Origin: an uncultured Bacillus sp.
Lineage (GTDB): Bacteria > Bacillota > Bacilli > ZCTH02-B2
Assembly: GCA_947085265.1 (NCBI GenBank)
Contig: CAMTVR010000025.1
Coordinates: 9,948-73,947, forward strand
Direction of reading: 5' to 3'
Length of the DNA stretch: 64,000 nucleotides
Under the pieces are notes generated by a model. That model was not told the origin of the DNA, made no database searches, and was given only the letters and a program-made list of their open reading frames with translations. This document shows, piece by piece, positions 1-9,326 of this stretch (the stretch's first letter is position 1; each line of letters begins with the position of its first letter). Position numbers and translations under genes: made by a program.

Positions 1-1098
1 CTTCTTTTGCGGGTCAGATGGTCCTGTCGTTGTATAGACCGGACTGGTTTCCGTCATTCCCATCAGAACAACTGTTTTTACATTGAATTGATTCTCGATT
101 TTCTCTAACAGACTGGGGGGGACAGGCGAACCGCCGCTCATGACTTGGCGTAAAGCAAGAGGTTCATCTTTCCCTTCCAGTTGACCGAATGTTGCCTGCA
201 GCATGGTCGGTACCCCTCCGAAATGGGTAATCTCGAGTTCCTTCATCGCCCGGATGCAGTCGGAAGGATCAAAATAGGGCATAGGTGTGAAGGATGCTCC
301 CACGTACAGGGTACCCAGCGCCATCAAGATACTTCCGGCTGTATGAAATAAAGGAAGCGGCGAGCACACATGGTCCCCTTCCCCGATGTTCCATCGGTGA
401 AATGTGAGCGCGGCGTTGTTGACTGCATTGAAATGGGTGAGCATCGCCCCCTTGGGAAATCCGGTGGTCCCTGAGGTGAATTGGATTTGGAAAAGATCAT
501 GAGCTTGAACTTGAGATTCATGGTCATTTAATGTCTGATCAGATATTTTCTGTTTCCCGGTGTTCATGAGTTCTTCAAAACTTAACAACCCTTCTGCGTC
601 ATCAAAGGTAATGATTTGCTGGAGTGTTGGCACTTTTCCGGCGGAAATAATCCGCTGCAGTTCTTCCGTATAGGATCGGCCTCGAAATCTTGATAAAACA
701 AAAACTCCTTTGGCATCACTCGCCCTGAGAATGTAACCGGCTTCCTCTTCACGCAGCGCAGGATTCATGGTCACCAACACGACGCCGATTTTCGCGGCGC
801 CCATCTCAAGCAGCAGCCATTCGGGGACATTGATGGCCCAAACAGCCACATGATCTCCCTTCCGATAACCGGCAGCAAGCAAACCTTTGGCGACATGTCG
901 GGCACTTTCTTCGTACTTCCGGTACGTCCATTGCAGCGCTGGAATCTTCAGCAGGTCGTTGGAAAGATACCGGACAGCGATATGGTTGGGATACTTCGCG
1001 GACTGCTCTCGCAACAATTTGCCGACGGTCCAATCATGGAGGGGAACTTGATCTTCTTCCGGTAACCAATGGGCTTTCCCGGTACCAACCAATCCCAT
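1..1098 (-). CDS. acyl-CoA synthetase / AMP-dependent ligase, N-terminal ~365 aa only (3' end lies beyond the window start)
   Basis: Reverse-strand translation from ATG 1098..1096 (SD AGGAGGAG at 1113-1106) stays open to position 1. It contains the AMP-binding signature TSGTTGFPKGAMLTH. It is absent from the ORF track because it is truncated by the window edge. Confidence 0.8.
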   Translation of the reverse strand, partial: MGLVGTGKAHWLPEEDQVPLHDWTVGKLLREQSAKYPNHIAVRYLSNDLLKIPALQWTYRKYEESARHVAKGLLAAGYRKGDHVAVWAINVPEWLLLEMGAAKIGVVLVTMNPALREEEAGYILRASDAKGVFVLSRFRGRSYTEELQRIISAGKVPTLQQIITFDDAEGLLSFEELMNTGKQKISDQTLNDHESQVQAHDLFQIQFTSGTTGFPKGAMLTHFNAVNNAALTFHRWNIGEGDHVCSPLPLFHTAGSILMALGTLYVGASFTPMPYFDPSDCIRAMKELEITHFGGVPTMLQATFGQLEGKDEPLALRQVMSGGSPVPPSLLEKIENQFNVKTVVLMGMTETSPVYTTTGPSDPQKK

Positions 1099-1155
1099 TT
1101 CGGCTCTCCTCCTCATAATTATTTTCTTACCCGTAAGTAAATTATCGCATGATAT

Positions 1156-1169
1156 TTGACTATTGTCAA
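1156..1169. promoter_or_regulatory. inverted repeat TTGAC-tatt-GTCAA in the acs/tetR divergent intergenic region (candidate TetR operator)
   Basis: 5-bp arms with a 4-bp spacer read directly from the sequence; it lies between divergently oriented genes, one of which is a TetR regulator. Confidence 0.3.
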
Positions 1170-1276
1170 TCTTTGATGATCATCGGCATCCATCCTGGAG
1201 TTGCACACAGGGTCGATCCATTGTAAACTTCTAGTAACTGATAGGGAGAAAGAATCGTTAAGGAGAAAGAATCATC

Positions 1277-1858
1277 TTGGGTAGGAATTCACGTCACATC
1301 AATCCGCAGACCATTATCGAGGTAGCTGCACGTCTTTTTTATACGAATGGGTATAAAAACACCAGCTTGGAAGAAGTCGCAAAAATCCTACAGGTTACTC
1401 GTCCGGCCATTTATCACTATTTCAAAAGCAAAGAAGACATTATTCATACAATCGTCAAACAGGTACTGGACAAAGTCCGGGCCTATTCTGATGAAATACT
1501 GACAAAGCAGGAACCTGCGCACCGAAAGTTTGAAGAACTGTTGCATCGGCACATCCTGCTCATTCTTGAGAACAAAATTGAAATGGGAATTTTCTTTGAA
1601 GAGCAGAAGAACTTGCCGCCACATATCACTCAAAAAACATTGCAGTTTATCGATGAATATTATTCCCAGCTCACACACCTCTACCGCGAAGGTGTAAAAA
1701 CCGGACATTTTGTGGATAAAAACCCTTCTCTAGTGGTTCAGACCTTGTTTGGAGCATGTAATTGGGCTTATAAATGGTATCATCCGGCTGGGACCTGCAG
1801 CAAAGAAGAAGTGGCGCAACTTATCCTTGAGATATTGATGAGGGGTTATCGTGCATAG
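1277..1858 (+). CDS. TetR/AcrR family transcriptional regulator
   Basis: N-terminal HTH TIIEVAARLFYTNGYKNTSLEEVAKILQVTRPAIYHYF; TTG start preceded by AGGAGAAAGA. Confidence 0.85.
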   Translation: MGRNSRHINPQTIIEVAARLFYTNGYKNTSLEEVAKILQVTRPAIYHYFKSKEDIIHTIVKQVLDKVRAYSDEILTKQEPAHRKFEELLHRHILLILENKIEMGIFFEEQKNLPPHITQKTLQFIDEYYSQLTHLYREGVKTGHFVDKNPSLVVQTLFGACNWAYKWYHPAGTCSKEEVAQLILEILMRGYRA

Positions 1859-1948
1859 AGGGGCTGAACTGCCCTGATGAGATAAATTATCAGAAAGTTA
1901 AATAATGTCTAATGATGAGGTTTTAAAATAAAAAGTGGGGGAGAAACG

Positions 1949-2803
1949 ATGCTGACAATGGAACACTTTCAGGAAGTAACGGTCGGAAGGAAATGGGTCG
2001 AGGTCGATGGCGTCGCTTTGCAGATCTGCCTGTTTGCGGTAGATGGGCTGCTCATTGATACCAGCGCCAAGTCCATTGCGAACGACGTCCTCCACTTTGC
2101 CTCTCGCGTTCATCCACACCAGATTGTCCTCACGCACCTTCACGAAGACCACAGCGGTATGGCCGGACAGCTTCAGGAGCGATTCCAGGTGCCGGTCTAT
2201 GTTCATCCCGACTTTGTCGAGGCTGCCGGAAAGCCGTTTCAGGTTCCGATGTACCGGCAACGATTCTGGGGTCTGCCGGATCCGTTCATGGCCTCCCCGG
2301 TTGGGGAGTGGATAGAGACCGAACGCTATTGCTTTGAGGTGATTCACACACCCGGACACGCGGAAGATCACATCGTCTTGTATGAGCCGAATCGGGGCTG
2401 GCTCTTCAGCGGCGATCTGTTCCTGGCGCCCAAGGTGAAAATCGTCATGAAGCAGGAGTCGATGCCTCTCTTAATGGATTCGCTGCGCCGCGTCCTGGAA
2501 CTGGATTTCGAGACCCTCTTTTGCGCGCATGCCGGTGTCGTTCCCAACGGCCAGGCGTTATTGCGGCAAAAGCTGGAACATCTGGCGTGGATCGAAGAGC
2601 AGGTGGACAGGCTGGCGGCAGAGGGGAAGAATCTCCGGCAGATCACCCGTCAGCTGTTTCCCAAACGCGCCCCGATATACTATCTGTCGCGGGGTGAATG
2701 GTCGTCCACTCACATTGTCCGCTCTTTTTTGCAGAACAGCATCCAAACGCAAATGGATCGTGATACGGATAGCGAACGCATGAATGGACGATTTAGCGAA
2801 TGA
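1949..2803 (+). CDS. MBL-fold metallo-hydrolase
   Basis: HxHxDH motif (LTHLHEDHSG), later HTPGH and a conserved Asp/His; SD GGGGGAG upstream of ATG 1949. Confidence 0.8.
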   Translation: MLTMEHFQEVTVGRKWVEVDGVALQICLFAVDGLLIDTSAKSIANDVLHFASRVHPHQIVLTHLHEDHSGMAGQLQERFQVPVYVHPDFVEAAGKPFQVPMYRQRFWGLPDPFMASPVGEWIETERYCFEVIHTPGHAEDHIVLYEPNRGWLFSGDLFLAPKVKIVMKQESMPLLMDSLRRVLELDFETLFCAHAGVVPNGQALLRQKLEHLAWIEEQVDRLAAEGKNLRQITRQLFPKRAPIYYLSRGEWSSTHIVRSFLQNSIQTQMDRDTDSERMNGRFSE

Positions 2804-2981
2804 AAATATCGCTTCAAGAAGAGAACGGGAGATTGCAGACAGTCATTTTTAGAGCCTCATTTGTCCAGCGCGTAAAATTTTTCGTGCAACGAAGTGAGGA
2901 ATCGTGTATAATAAATTTAATATATTTGGAAAGGCTTTCATGTTTTCCTTGATATGAATGAGCATTCAATCATGATTGCGA

Positions 2982-3003
2982 GATACGATGATCGAATCGT
3001 ATC
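2982..3003 (+). promoter_or_regulatory. 22-bp palindrome GATACGAT-gatcga-ATCGTATC in the 5' leader of the SDR/HMGCS-like/thiolase operon
   Basis: Perfect 8-bp arms read from the sequence, about 45 nt upstream of the SDR start codon and downstream of an extended -10 (TGTATAAT at 2923-2930). Confidence 0.35.
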
Positions 3004-3048
3004 CCAACAATGAAAAATGATCCAGGATACGAAAGGAGTTGTTCAAAA

Positions 3049-3867
3049 ATGGGTTTTTTGGAAGGGAAAGTGGCGATTATTACAGGAGCAGGACGGGGCG
3101 TAGGCCAAGCGGCCGCGCTGATGATGGCTAAGGAAGGCGCGACGGTCGTCGTCAATGACCTGGATGCCGGTCCGGCAGAAGAGACCGTGAAGAAAATCCT
3201 GGAAATCGGCGGGCAGGCGTTGGCCTTTCCGGGCAGTGTCACCGACAAGGATTTTCCCGATCAGATCATGAAAAAAACGTATGATGAATTTGGCCACATC
3301 GACATTCTTGTAAACAACGCCGGATATACATGGGATAGTGTCATTCACAAGATGACCGACGAGCAGTGGTATGCCATGATTGATGTACATATCACCGCGC
3401 CGTTCCGGATGATTCGCGCGGCAGCGCCTTACATGCGGGAAAAGGCCAAAGAGGAATTGGAGAAGGGACTCCCGCTGCGCCGCCGCAAAATCGTCAATGT
3501 CTCCTCGGTTTCCGGCCTGTTTGGCAATGCCGGCCAGGCCAATTATTCAGCAGCTAAGATGGGCGTCGTCGGTTTGACGAAGACGATTGCCAAGGAATGG
3601 GGACGTTTTCATATCAACTGCAACGCGGTTGCCTTTGGTTTTATCGATACCCGATTGACGCAGCCGAAAGAAAAAGGGGAGGCGATTGACGGAAAAATCG
3701 CGCTCGGGATTCCCGCCGCTTCCCGCGATCTGATCATCCGGATGATCCCCCTGCAACGGGCAGGACAGCCGGAAGATGCGGCAGGGGGCATCTTGATGAT
3801 GGTATCTCCCTATGCCGACTACATCACAGGTCAGGTGCTGGTGGTGGACGGCGGTTCCCACATGTAA
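3049..3867 (+). CDS. SDR family oxidoreductase (3-oxoacyl-ACP reductase-like)
   Basis: Rossmann motif GKVAIITGAGRGVGQAAA, NNAG motif and a YxxxK catalytic pair (YSAAK); ATG 3049 after GAAAGGAG. Confidence 0.85.
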   Translation: MGFLEGKVAIITGAGRGVGQAAALMMAKEGATVVVNDLDAGPAEETVKKILEIGGQALAFPGSVTDKDFPDQIMKKTYDEFGHIDILVNNAGYTWDSVIHKMTDEQWYAMIDVHITAPFRMIRAAAPYMREKAKEELEKGLPLRRRKIVNVSSVSGLFGNAGQANYSAAKMGVVGLTKTIAKEWGRFHINCNAVAFGFIDTRLTQPKEKGEAIDGKIALGIPAASRDLIIRMIPLQRAGQPEDAAGGILMMVSPYADYITGQVLVVDGGSHM

Positions 3868-3932
3868 ACGTGGCGTGGGTGGGTCATTTGGCCCGCCCAT
3901 GCTTTCAACAAGTACCAGAGAGGAGGAAGAGG

Positions 3933-5345
3933 ATGGCTGGGATTGTCAGTTTTGGCGCTTACATTCCCTTTCATCGCCTGGAGCGCAAGAAAATCGCCGA
4001 GGCGTTTGGCGAACCGGGCGGCAAGGGGGAAAAGGCGGTTGCCAATCATGACGAGGACAGTCTTTCGATGGCGGTTGCGGCGGCTCAGGATGCGCTGGCC
4101 GGCTTGCGTTTGGACGCACTGGCCGCGGTTTATTTTGCGACCACCACGGCGCCGTATGTGGAAAAGCAATCGGCGACGACGGTGGCGGCAGCCTTGGATG
4201 GTAAGGAACAGATCCGGACGGCCGACTTTACCGATTCGTTGCGGGCTGGCACGACTGCCTTGCTCAACGGATTAGAGACCGTACAAGTACAGGGAGCGCC
4301 GGTGCTGGTGACGGCGGCGGACTGCCGTCTCGGCGGCGCGCAAGGAGCGTTTGAAAAGGAACTGGGTGATGCTGCGGCGGCCTTTGTCCTCGGGAATCGG
4401 GACGTGGTTGCCGAACTGGTGGCTTCGCACAGCATCGCCATTGACTTCCTGGATCAATGGCGCAGTCAGGGTGAACGGACGGTGCGTGCCTGGGAGGATC
4501 GGTTTATCCTTGAGGAAGGCTATTTTCCGCAGGTGAAGGAGGCTATCAGCGGCCTGTTGGCCAAGACCGGGTGCAAGATGCGGGATCTGGCCAAGGTAGT
4601 GCTCTATGCCCCCAATGCCCGTGCTCATGCGATGGCGGCGAAAATGATCGGTCTGGCACCCGAACAGGTCCAGGATCCGTTGTTTGATCAGGTTGGGAAC
4701 GCCGGCGCGGCCAGTGTGCCCTTGATGCTGGCGGCGGCGCTGGAAGAGGCGAAACCCGGCGATCGGATTCTGGTCGTTTCGCAGGGTCAGGGAAGCGATG
4801 CCTTACTGTTTCGTGTGACGGAGGAGATCCGAAAGCTGCCTGAGCGTCGGGGGGTCAAAAGGCACTTGGCGTCCAAAAAAACCATCGCCAATTATACCAC
4901 CTATCTGAAGTGGAAAAACTTGTTGCCTCTGGAGGCGGGAAGGCGTCCGCAACGGCGTCGTCCGTCCGTGCCGGCGATGTGGCGGAATCATCAACAGAAC
5001 CTGGCTTTCATTGGCAGCCGTTGCACCGCCTGCGGGACGCCGCAATATCCAAAGCAGAGGGTCTGTGTTCACTGCAAAGCCAAGGATCAGATGGAAGACT
5101 ATTCATTTTCGGACAAGACAGCGCGGATTGCCACCTACACGGTCGATTACCTGACCGTTTCCCCCGATCCACCCACCGTGTTTGTCGTAGTTGACTTTGA
5201 GGGAGGAGGCCGGATCATTTGCGAAATGACCGACACCGATCCGGCGCAGCTGGATATTGGCATGGAGGTCGAAATGACCTTCCGGCGTCTCTATGAGGCG
5301 GAGGGCATTCATAACTACGCCTGGAAAGCGCGGATGAAGCGTTGA
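3933..5345 (+). CDS. HMG-CoA synthase-like (archaeal-type) protein fused to a C-terminal DUF35 Zn-ribbon/OB-fold domain
   Basis: N-terminus MAGIVSFGAYIPFHRLERKKIAEAFG resembles archaeal HMGCS. The C-terminus has CTACGTPQYPKQRVCVHC (a 4-Cys ribbon) plus an OB-fold. ATG 3933 follows AGGAGG. Confidence 0.7.
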   Translation: MAGIVSFGAYIPFHRLERKKIAEAFGEPGGKGEKAVANHDEDSLSMAVAAAQDALAGLRLDALAAVYFATTTAPYVEKQSATTVAAALDGKEQIRTADFTDSLRAGTTALLNGLETVQVQGAPVLVTAADCRLGGAQGAFEKELGDAAAAFVLGNRDVVAELVASHSIAIDFLDQWRSQGERTVRAWEDRFILEEGYFPQVKEAISGLLAKTGCKMRDLAKVVLYAPNARAHAMAAKMIGLAPEQVQDPLFDQVGNAGAASVPLMLAAALEEAKPGDRILVVSQGQGSDALLFRVTEEIRKLPERRGVKRHLASKKTIANYTTYLKWKNLLPLEAGRRPQRRRPSVPAMWRNHQQNLAFIGSRCTACGTPQYPKQRVCVHCKAKDQMEDYSFSDKTARIATYTVDYLTVSPDPPTVFVVVDFEGGGRIICEMTDTDPAQLDIGMEVEMTFRRLYEAEGIHNYAWKARMKR

Positions 5346-5394
5346 GGGACGGGGGATGGGATTACGGTGGCGATGAAAAAAAGGAGGGATGGTT

Positions 5395-6576
5395 ATGCCG
5401 AAGGGCATTGCTGACCGGGTGGCGATCATCGGCATGGGATGCACCAAGTTCGGCGAGAATTGGGACAAAAGCGCTGAAGACATGCTCCTGGAAGCCACTT
5501 ATGAGGCGTTGGATGACGCGGGAATCGCGCCGAACGATGTGGATGCCTACTGGCTGGGAACCTTGAGTTCCGGAAATTCAGGTCTGACCTTTTCGGTGCC
5601 CATGAAGTCGGAATACAAGCCTGTCACGCGGGTGGAAAATTACTGCGCCACTGGTTCGGAGGCCTTCCGTAACGCTTGTTACGCTGTAGCTTCGGGTGCC
5701 TATGATGTGGTTGTCGCTGTCGGCGTGGAAAAATTGAAAGATTCCGGATACAGCGGCTTGGTGGTGGGCGGCGGTGACACCGATGGCACCGAGCCGAACA
5801 TGACGGCTCCTGCCGCGTTTTCGTTCCTGGCGCCGGCGTATTTCAAAAAGTATGGCCTCGATCCGAAGACGGGCAAGGAAGTGTTGGCCCGCATCGCCTG
5901 GAAAAACCATCACAACGGTTCTTTAAATCCGAAGGCTCAGTTCCAGACAGAAGTGCCGATGGAAAAGATCATCCAATCGCCGATGGTCGCGGCGCCGCTG
6001 GGGGTCTTTGACTGCTCCGGGGTGTCGGACGGTTCTGCGGTAGCCGTGATTGTGCGGGCAGAGGATGCCAAGAAGTACAGACCAGACCCGGTTTACGTGA
6101 AGGCGTTGTCTGTGGTGGCCGGTTATGGTCATGGCCGTTTTCACCAAGATTACGATTTTACCACGATTCGCGAAAACGTGGCTGCGGCTGCGGATGCTTA
6201 CAAACAGGCCGGTATCACCAATCCGCGCGAAGAGATCAGCATGGCGGAAGTGCACGACTGTTTCACGCCCACGGAGCTGGTGATCTATGAAGACCTGGGC
6301 TTCAGCGAGCGGGGCGAGGGCTGGAAAGACGTGATGAACGGCGTGTTTGACATCGGCGGGGAATTGCCGGTCAACCCGGACGGCGGGCTGAAATCGTTTG
6401 GCCATCCGATTGGCGCCAGCGGCCTGCGGATGCTGTATGAGTTGTGGCTGCAGTTCCACGGCAAGGCTGGTAAGCGGCAGATAGACGATCCAAAGTTGGG
6501 CCTGGCACACAACCTGGGCGGTTTCCCTTGGCAGGCGGTCTGCGCCGTGACCATTGTCGGCAAAGAGTTAGGCTGA
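5395..6576 (+). CDS. thiolase-like protein (SCP-x / DUF35-associated acetyl-CoA acetyltransferase type)
   Basis: VAIIGMGCTKFGE N-terminus, NYCATGS Cys motif, VHDCFT and SFGHPIGASG C-terminal motifs; ATG 5395 six nt after AAGGAGGG. Confidence 0.8.
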   Translation: MPKGIADRVAIIGMGCTKFGENWDKSAEDMLLEATYEALDDAGIAPNDVDAYWLGTLSSGNSGLTFSVPMKSEYKPVTRVENYCATGSEAFRNACYAVASGAYDVVVAVGVEKLKDSGYSGLVVGGGDTDGTEPNMTAPAAFSFLAPAYFKKYGLDPKTGKEVLARIAWKNHHNGSLNPKAQFQTEVPMEKIIQSPMVAAPLGVFDCSGVSDGSAVAVIVRAEDAKKYRPDPVYVKALSVVAGYGHGRFHQDYDFTTIRENVAAAADAYKQAGITNPREEISMAEVHDCFTPTELVIYEDLGFSERGEGWKDVMNGVFDIGGELPVNPDGGLKSFGHPIGASGLRMLYELWLQFHGKAGKRQIDDPKLGLAHNLGGFPWQAVCAVTIVGKELG

Positions 6577-6619
6577 CATCTATTGTTGTAAAGTGTCAAG
6601 CAGCAGGGAAATGAAGGGT

Positions 6620-6670
6620 AACCCACTCTCCTTTCGTTCGCGTGAGGAGGAGTGGGTTGTTCTCATTTTC
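6620..6670 (+). terminator. rho-independent terminator after the thiolase gene
   Basis: 13-bp stem AACCCACTCTCCT / AGGAGGAGTGGGTT followed by a T-rich tract. Confidence 0.6.
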
Positions 6671-6957
6671 CCGGTCATTTTTTTGCCATTTTCCATTCAT
6701 GAATCCGGAGCCGTGAGATGAAAAGCGCAGGGAAGCGAACGCGCGTTGCGGCATATTCGCAGTTCTTGTACTCTAAGGATATAGATGCAGAAAGGGGATG
6801 GAGCCGGTGGCACGGTCTCAGATGGCCGGAATGGCCGGTGTGCTTCTCGCCGTTTACCTTGTTTCGCGGGACGGCTGAATGGGTGAAATGGAGAATGAGA
6901 CAGGAGTTTTGTCGTGATCGGATCATGATTGAAGCGACTAAGAAGCAGGGGGTTATT

Positions 6958-7926
6958 ATGTCGATCAAACGTTTTGCCCCATTTATCCCATTCTTTGCAT
7001 TACTCTTGATTGGAATGATAGCTGTAATCTCAGGTTGTGCGGGCCAATCGCCCCCGCCCGATTCAGAAAGGCCAGATAGAGCCACTTCCCCTTCTGGGGA
7101 TATCCCGGCTGACGAACCCGGAACCAGTCAATTGAATGCGCGGGATCCTGGGAGTGACTTGGTTGAATCGGAGCGAGAGCCTGGTTCGGCGCAGTCGCCC
7201 AATCTCGTTTTCGAGAAGCCTTCCGAGTCTCCGGCGAAAGACAATTCGGTTCCACCGGCAACTCCGGAACCGACGCCACAAAAGCGCTCACAACAGAACT
7301 CCGGTATTCTGGACCGGGATGGAACAATCCATGTGGTGGCCAACCCACAGGATGTGGCCGTGCTGGTAAACAAGAATTACCGTCTGCCAGACAATTTCAG
7401 ACCAGACGATCTGGTGGAACCGAATATACCGTTTATTTTTAAAGAGAAAAGCGAAAAACGCCTGCTGCGCAAGGAGGCGGCCCGGGCTCTTGAGGAGTTA
7501 TTTGCCGGAGCGAAGGAAGACGGCATTTATCTAGCCGGTGTGTCGGGGTTTCGTTCCCACAGCACGCAAAAGTGGCTTTTTGAAAATTATGTTAAAACGC
7601 GCGGTGAGGCGGAAGCGCGGCGATTCAGCGCGATGCCCGGGCACAGTGAGCACCAGACCGGCCTGGCGATGGATGTCGCCGGCAGCGATGGCAAGTGTGC
7701 GGCGCAGGATTGTTTTGGGGATACCAAGGAAGCGAAGTGGCTGGCTGATCATGCGCATGAATACGGCTTTATTATTCGTTATCCTAAAGGAAAAGAGGCG
7801 GTGACCGGGTACAAGTATGAGCCGTGGCATCTGCGTTATGTCGGAAAAGGACTGGCTCAAGCCGTGGTTGGCCAAAACCTGACTTTGGATGAGTACCTTC
7901 AGAGAACGGTCCCCGTATCAAATTAG
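6958..7926 (+). CDS. D-alanyl-D-alanine carboxypeptidase, VanY / peptidase M15B family, lipoprotein
   Basis: Lipobox LIGMIAVISGC; M15 motifs SGFRSHSTQ, MPGHSEHQTGLAMDV, EPWHLRYVG; ATG 6958 after AGGGGG; long Pro/Ser/Glu-rich linker. Confidence 0.8.
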   Translation: MSIKRFAPFIPFFALLLIGMIAVISGCAGQSPPPDSERPDRATSPSGDIPADEPGTSQLNARDPGSDLVESEREPGSAQSPNLVFEKPSESPAKDNSVPPATPEPTPQKRSQQNSGILDRDGTIHVVANPQDVAVLVNKNYRLPDNFRPDDLVEPNIPFIFKEKSEKRLLRKEAARALEELFAGAKEDGIYLAGVSGFRSHSTQKWLFENYVKTRGEAEARRFSAMPGHSEHQTGLAMDVAGSDGKCAAQDCFGDTKEAKWLADHAHEYGFIIRYPKGKEAVTGYKYEPWHLRYVGKGLAQAVVGQNLTLDEYLQRTVPVSN

Positions 7927-8037
7927 GGAAACGGTATTCATATCCAAATGGCATTTGATTCCAATGCAAGAGGAGACCTATCTTTTCCTCGGAATCCCGG
8001 TTTTGGTAAGATTGGATAGAGATGACCGATTTAGGAG

Positions 8038-9309
8038 TTGAAGCGTTTGGAGCGATTCTCTTCTGACGATCGCGCGCGACAAGTGATGTGGAGTCTGGCC
8101 CACCAGTTGGTGACACAGCGTCAATACCGAATCGTGAATCTGTTTGAGGCGGGAGAGCGCCTCTACGAAAAATTGTCGCCTGGTCAAGTGGAAACATGGA
8201 TGAATGGCGCGTCGGAACCGTCGGAGCTCTTCTTTGTGAAGAATCATGGGCGGAAGTTTTATCTTTTCCGGCTGGCGGTGGTGGATTTTGTCTGGGAACG
8301 CCAGTGGCATGATGATGTGGAACGACTGTATCAGCTGGCCACGATGTTTCAGCAACGTGTCGTGGCGAGGCAGCTTTATGTGCAGAATGTCCTCATTTTT
8401 CCACAGCTGATGTTGTCGGGAATTGACCATCTTCTCCCTGCCTCTCAGGTCGAAGATCGGAAACTGGTTATTTTCCATTGCGGAATTGATCTCACCGCTC
8501 ACGAAGTTGTCGGGGACATCTTGGAGAAACACGGTTTGTCAAAGCAGGATCTGTTGGCTCTAATGACATCTGCACCCGTCGGTGAGGCGACGCTCTACCA
8601 GCTCAAGCAGGAGATCCGCCAGACGACAGCGCAGGAGGAGCGGCAGGTCCAGGCCGTTTTTTCGCGTGGCCGCCCTTTTTGGACGTTTGTCTTTCTGGGT
8701 TTCAACCTTTCGGTATTTCTCCTCATGACCTTTACTGGCGGCACGACCAATCCGGAAAATTTAATCCGTTACGGGGCCAAGTTTCATCCCGCCATCTGGG
8801 CCGGGGAGTGGTGGCGGTTTGTGACACCGGTTTTTATCCATATCGGGTTGGCCCATCTCCTTTTTAACAGCTTTGCGCTGTACTTTCTCGGCCCGCTGGT
8901 AGAGCGGATATACGGAACGGGGCGGTTTTTTATCATTTACTTTACAGCCGGGATGATGGGCGTAGCAGGCAGCTTCGCTTTTTCGCCGCATCTGTCGGCC
9001 GGGGCTTCCAGCGCGATCTTTGGTCTGTTCGGGGCCCTTCTCTATTTTGGGCAAAAGTACCGTGACCTGTTCTTTCAAACGATCGGAATGGAGATCCTGA
9101 CTATTCTCGGGATCAACTTGATATTTGGCCTATTTTCCCCCGGTGTAGACAATTATGCCCATATCGGCGGTTTGGCTGGCGGTTATCTGGCCTCGGCATG
9201 TCTGGGTTTGCCGCGGCTGAGATCGGGTGTCATTGTGCGCATCGGTGCCCTATTCCTGTATGTGTTGCTTTTTGTCTGGTTGTATCAGCGAGGATTTGAG
9301 TGGATGTGA
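8038..9309 (+). CDS. rhomboid family intramembrane serine protease with an N-terminal cytoplasmic extension (start uncertain)
   Basis: Rhomboid core GLAHLLFNSFALYFLGP..., GASSAIFGLFGALL (catalytic Ser) and a downstream His; the first ~180 aa form a non-membrane domain. Confidence 0.75.
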   Translation: MKRLERFSSDDRARQVMWSLAHQLVTQRQYRIVNLFEAGERLYEKLSPGQVETWMNGASEPSELFFVKNHGRKFYLFRLAVVDFVWERQWHDDVERLYQLATMFQQRVVARQLYVQNVLIFPQLMLSGIDHLLPASQVEDRKLVIFHCGIDLTAHEVVGDILEKHGLSKQDLLALMTSAPVGEATLYQLKQEIRQTTAQEERQVQAVFSRGRPFWTFVFLGFNLSVFLLMTFTGGTTNPENLIRYGAKFHPAIWAGEWWRFVTPVFIHIGLAHLLFNSFALYFLGPLVERIYGTGRFFIIYFTAGMMGVAGSFAFSPHLSAGASSAIFGLFGALLYFGQKYRDLFFQTIGMEILTILGINLIFGLFSPGVDNYAHIGGLAGGYLASACLGLPRLRSGVIVRIGALFLYVLLFVWLYQRGFEWM

Positions 9310-9326
9310 GGTTTCCCATGTCTGTT

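Noticed and set aside
6671-6957. ydaO-type c-di-AMP riboswitch upstream of the VanY-like hydrolase
   Set aside because: The characteristic GGGGUGAAUC / GGGGAAUC / CGAACCCG elements are not present. It is retained only as an unexplained long leader.
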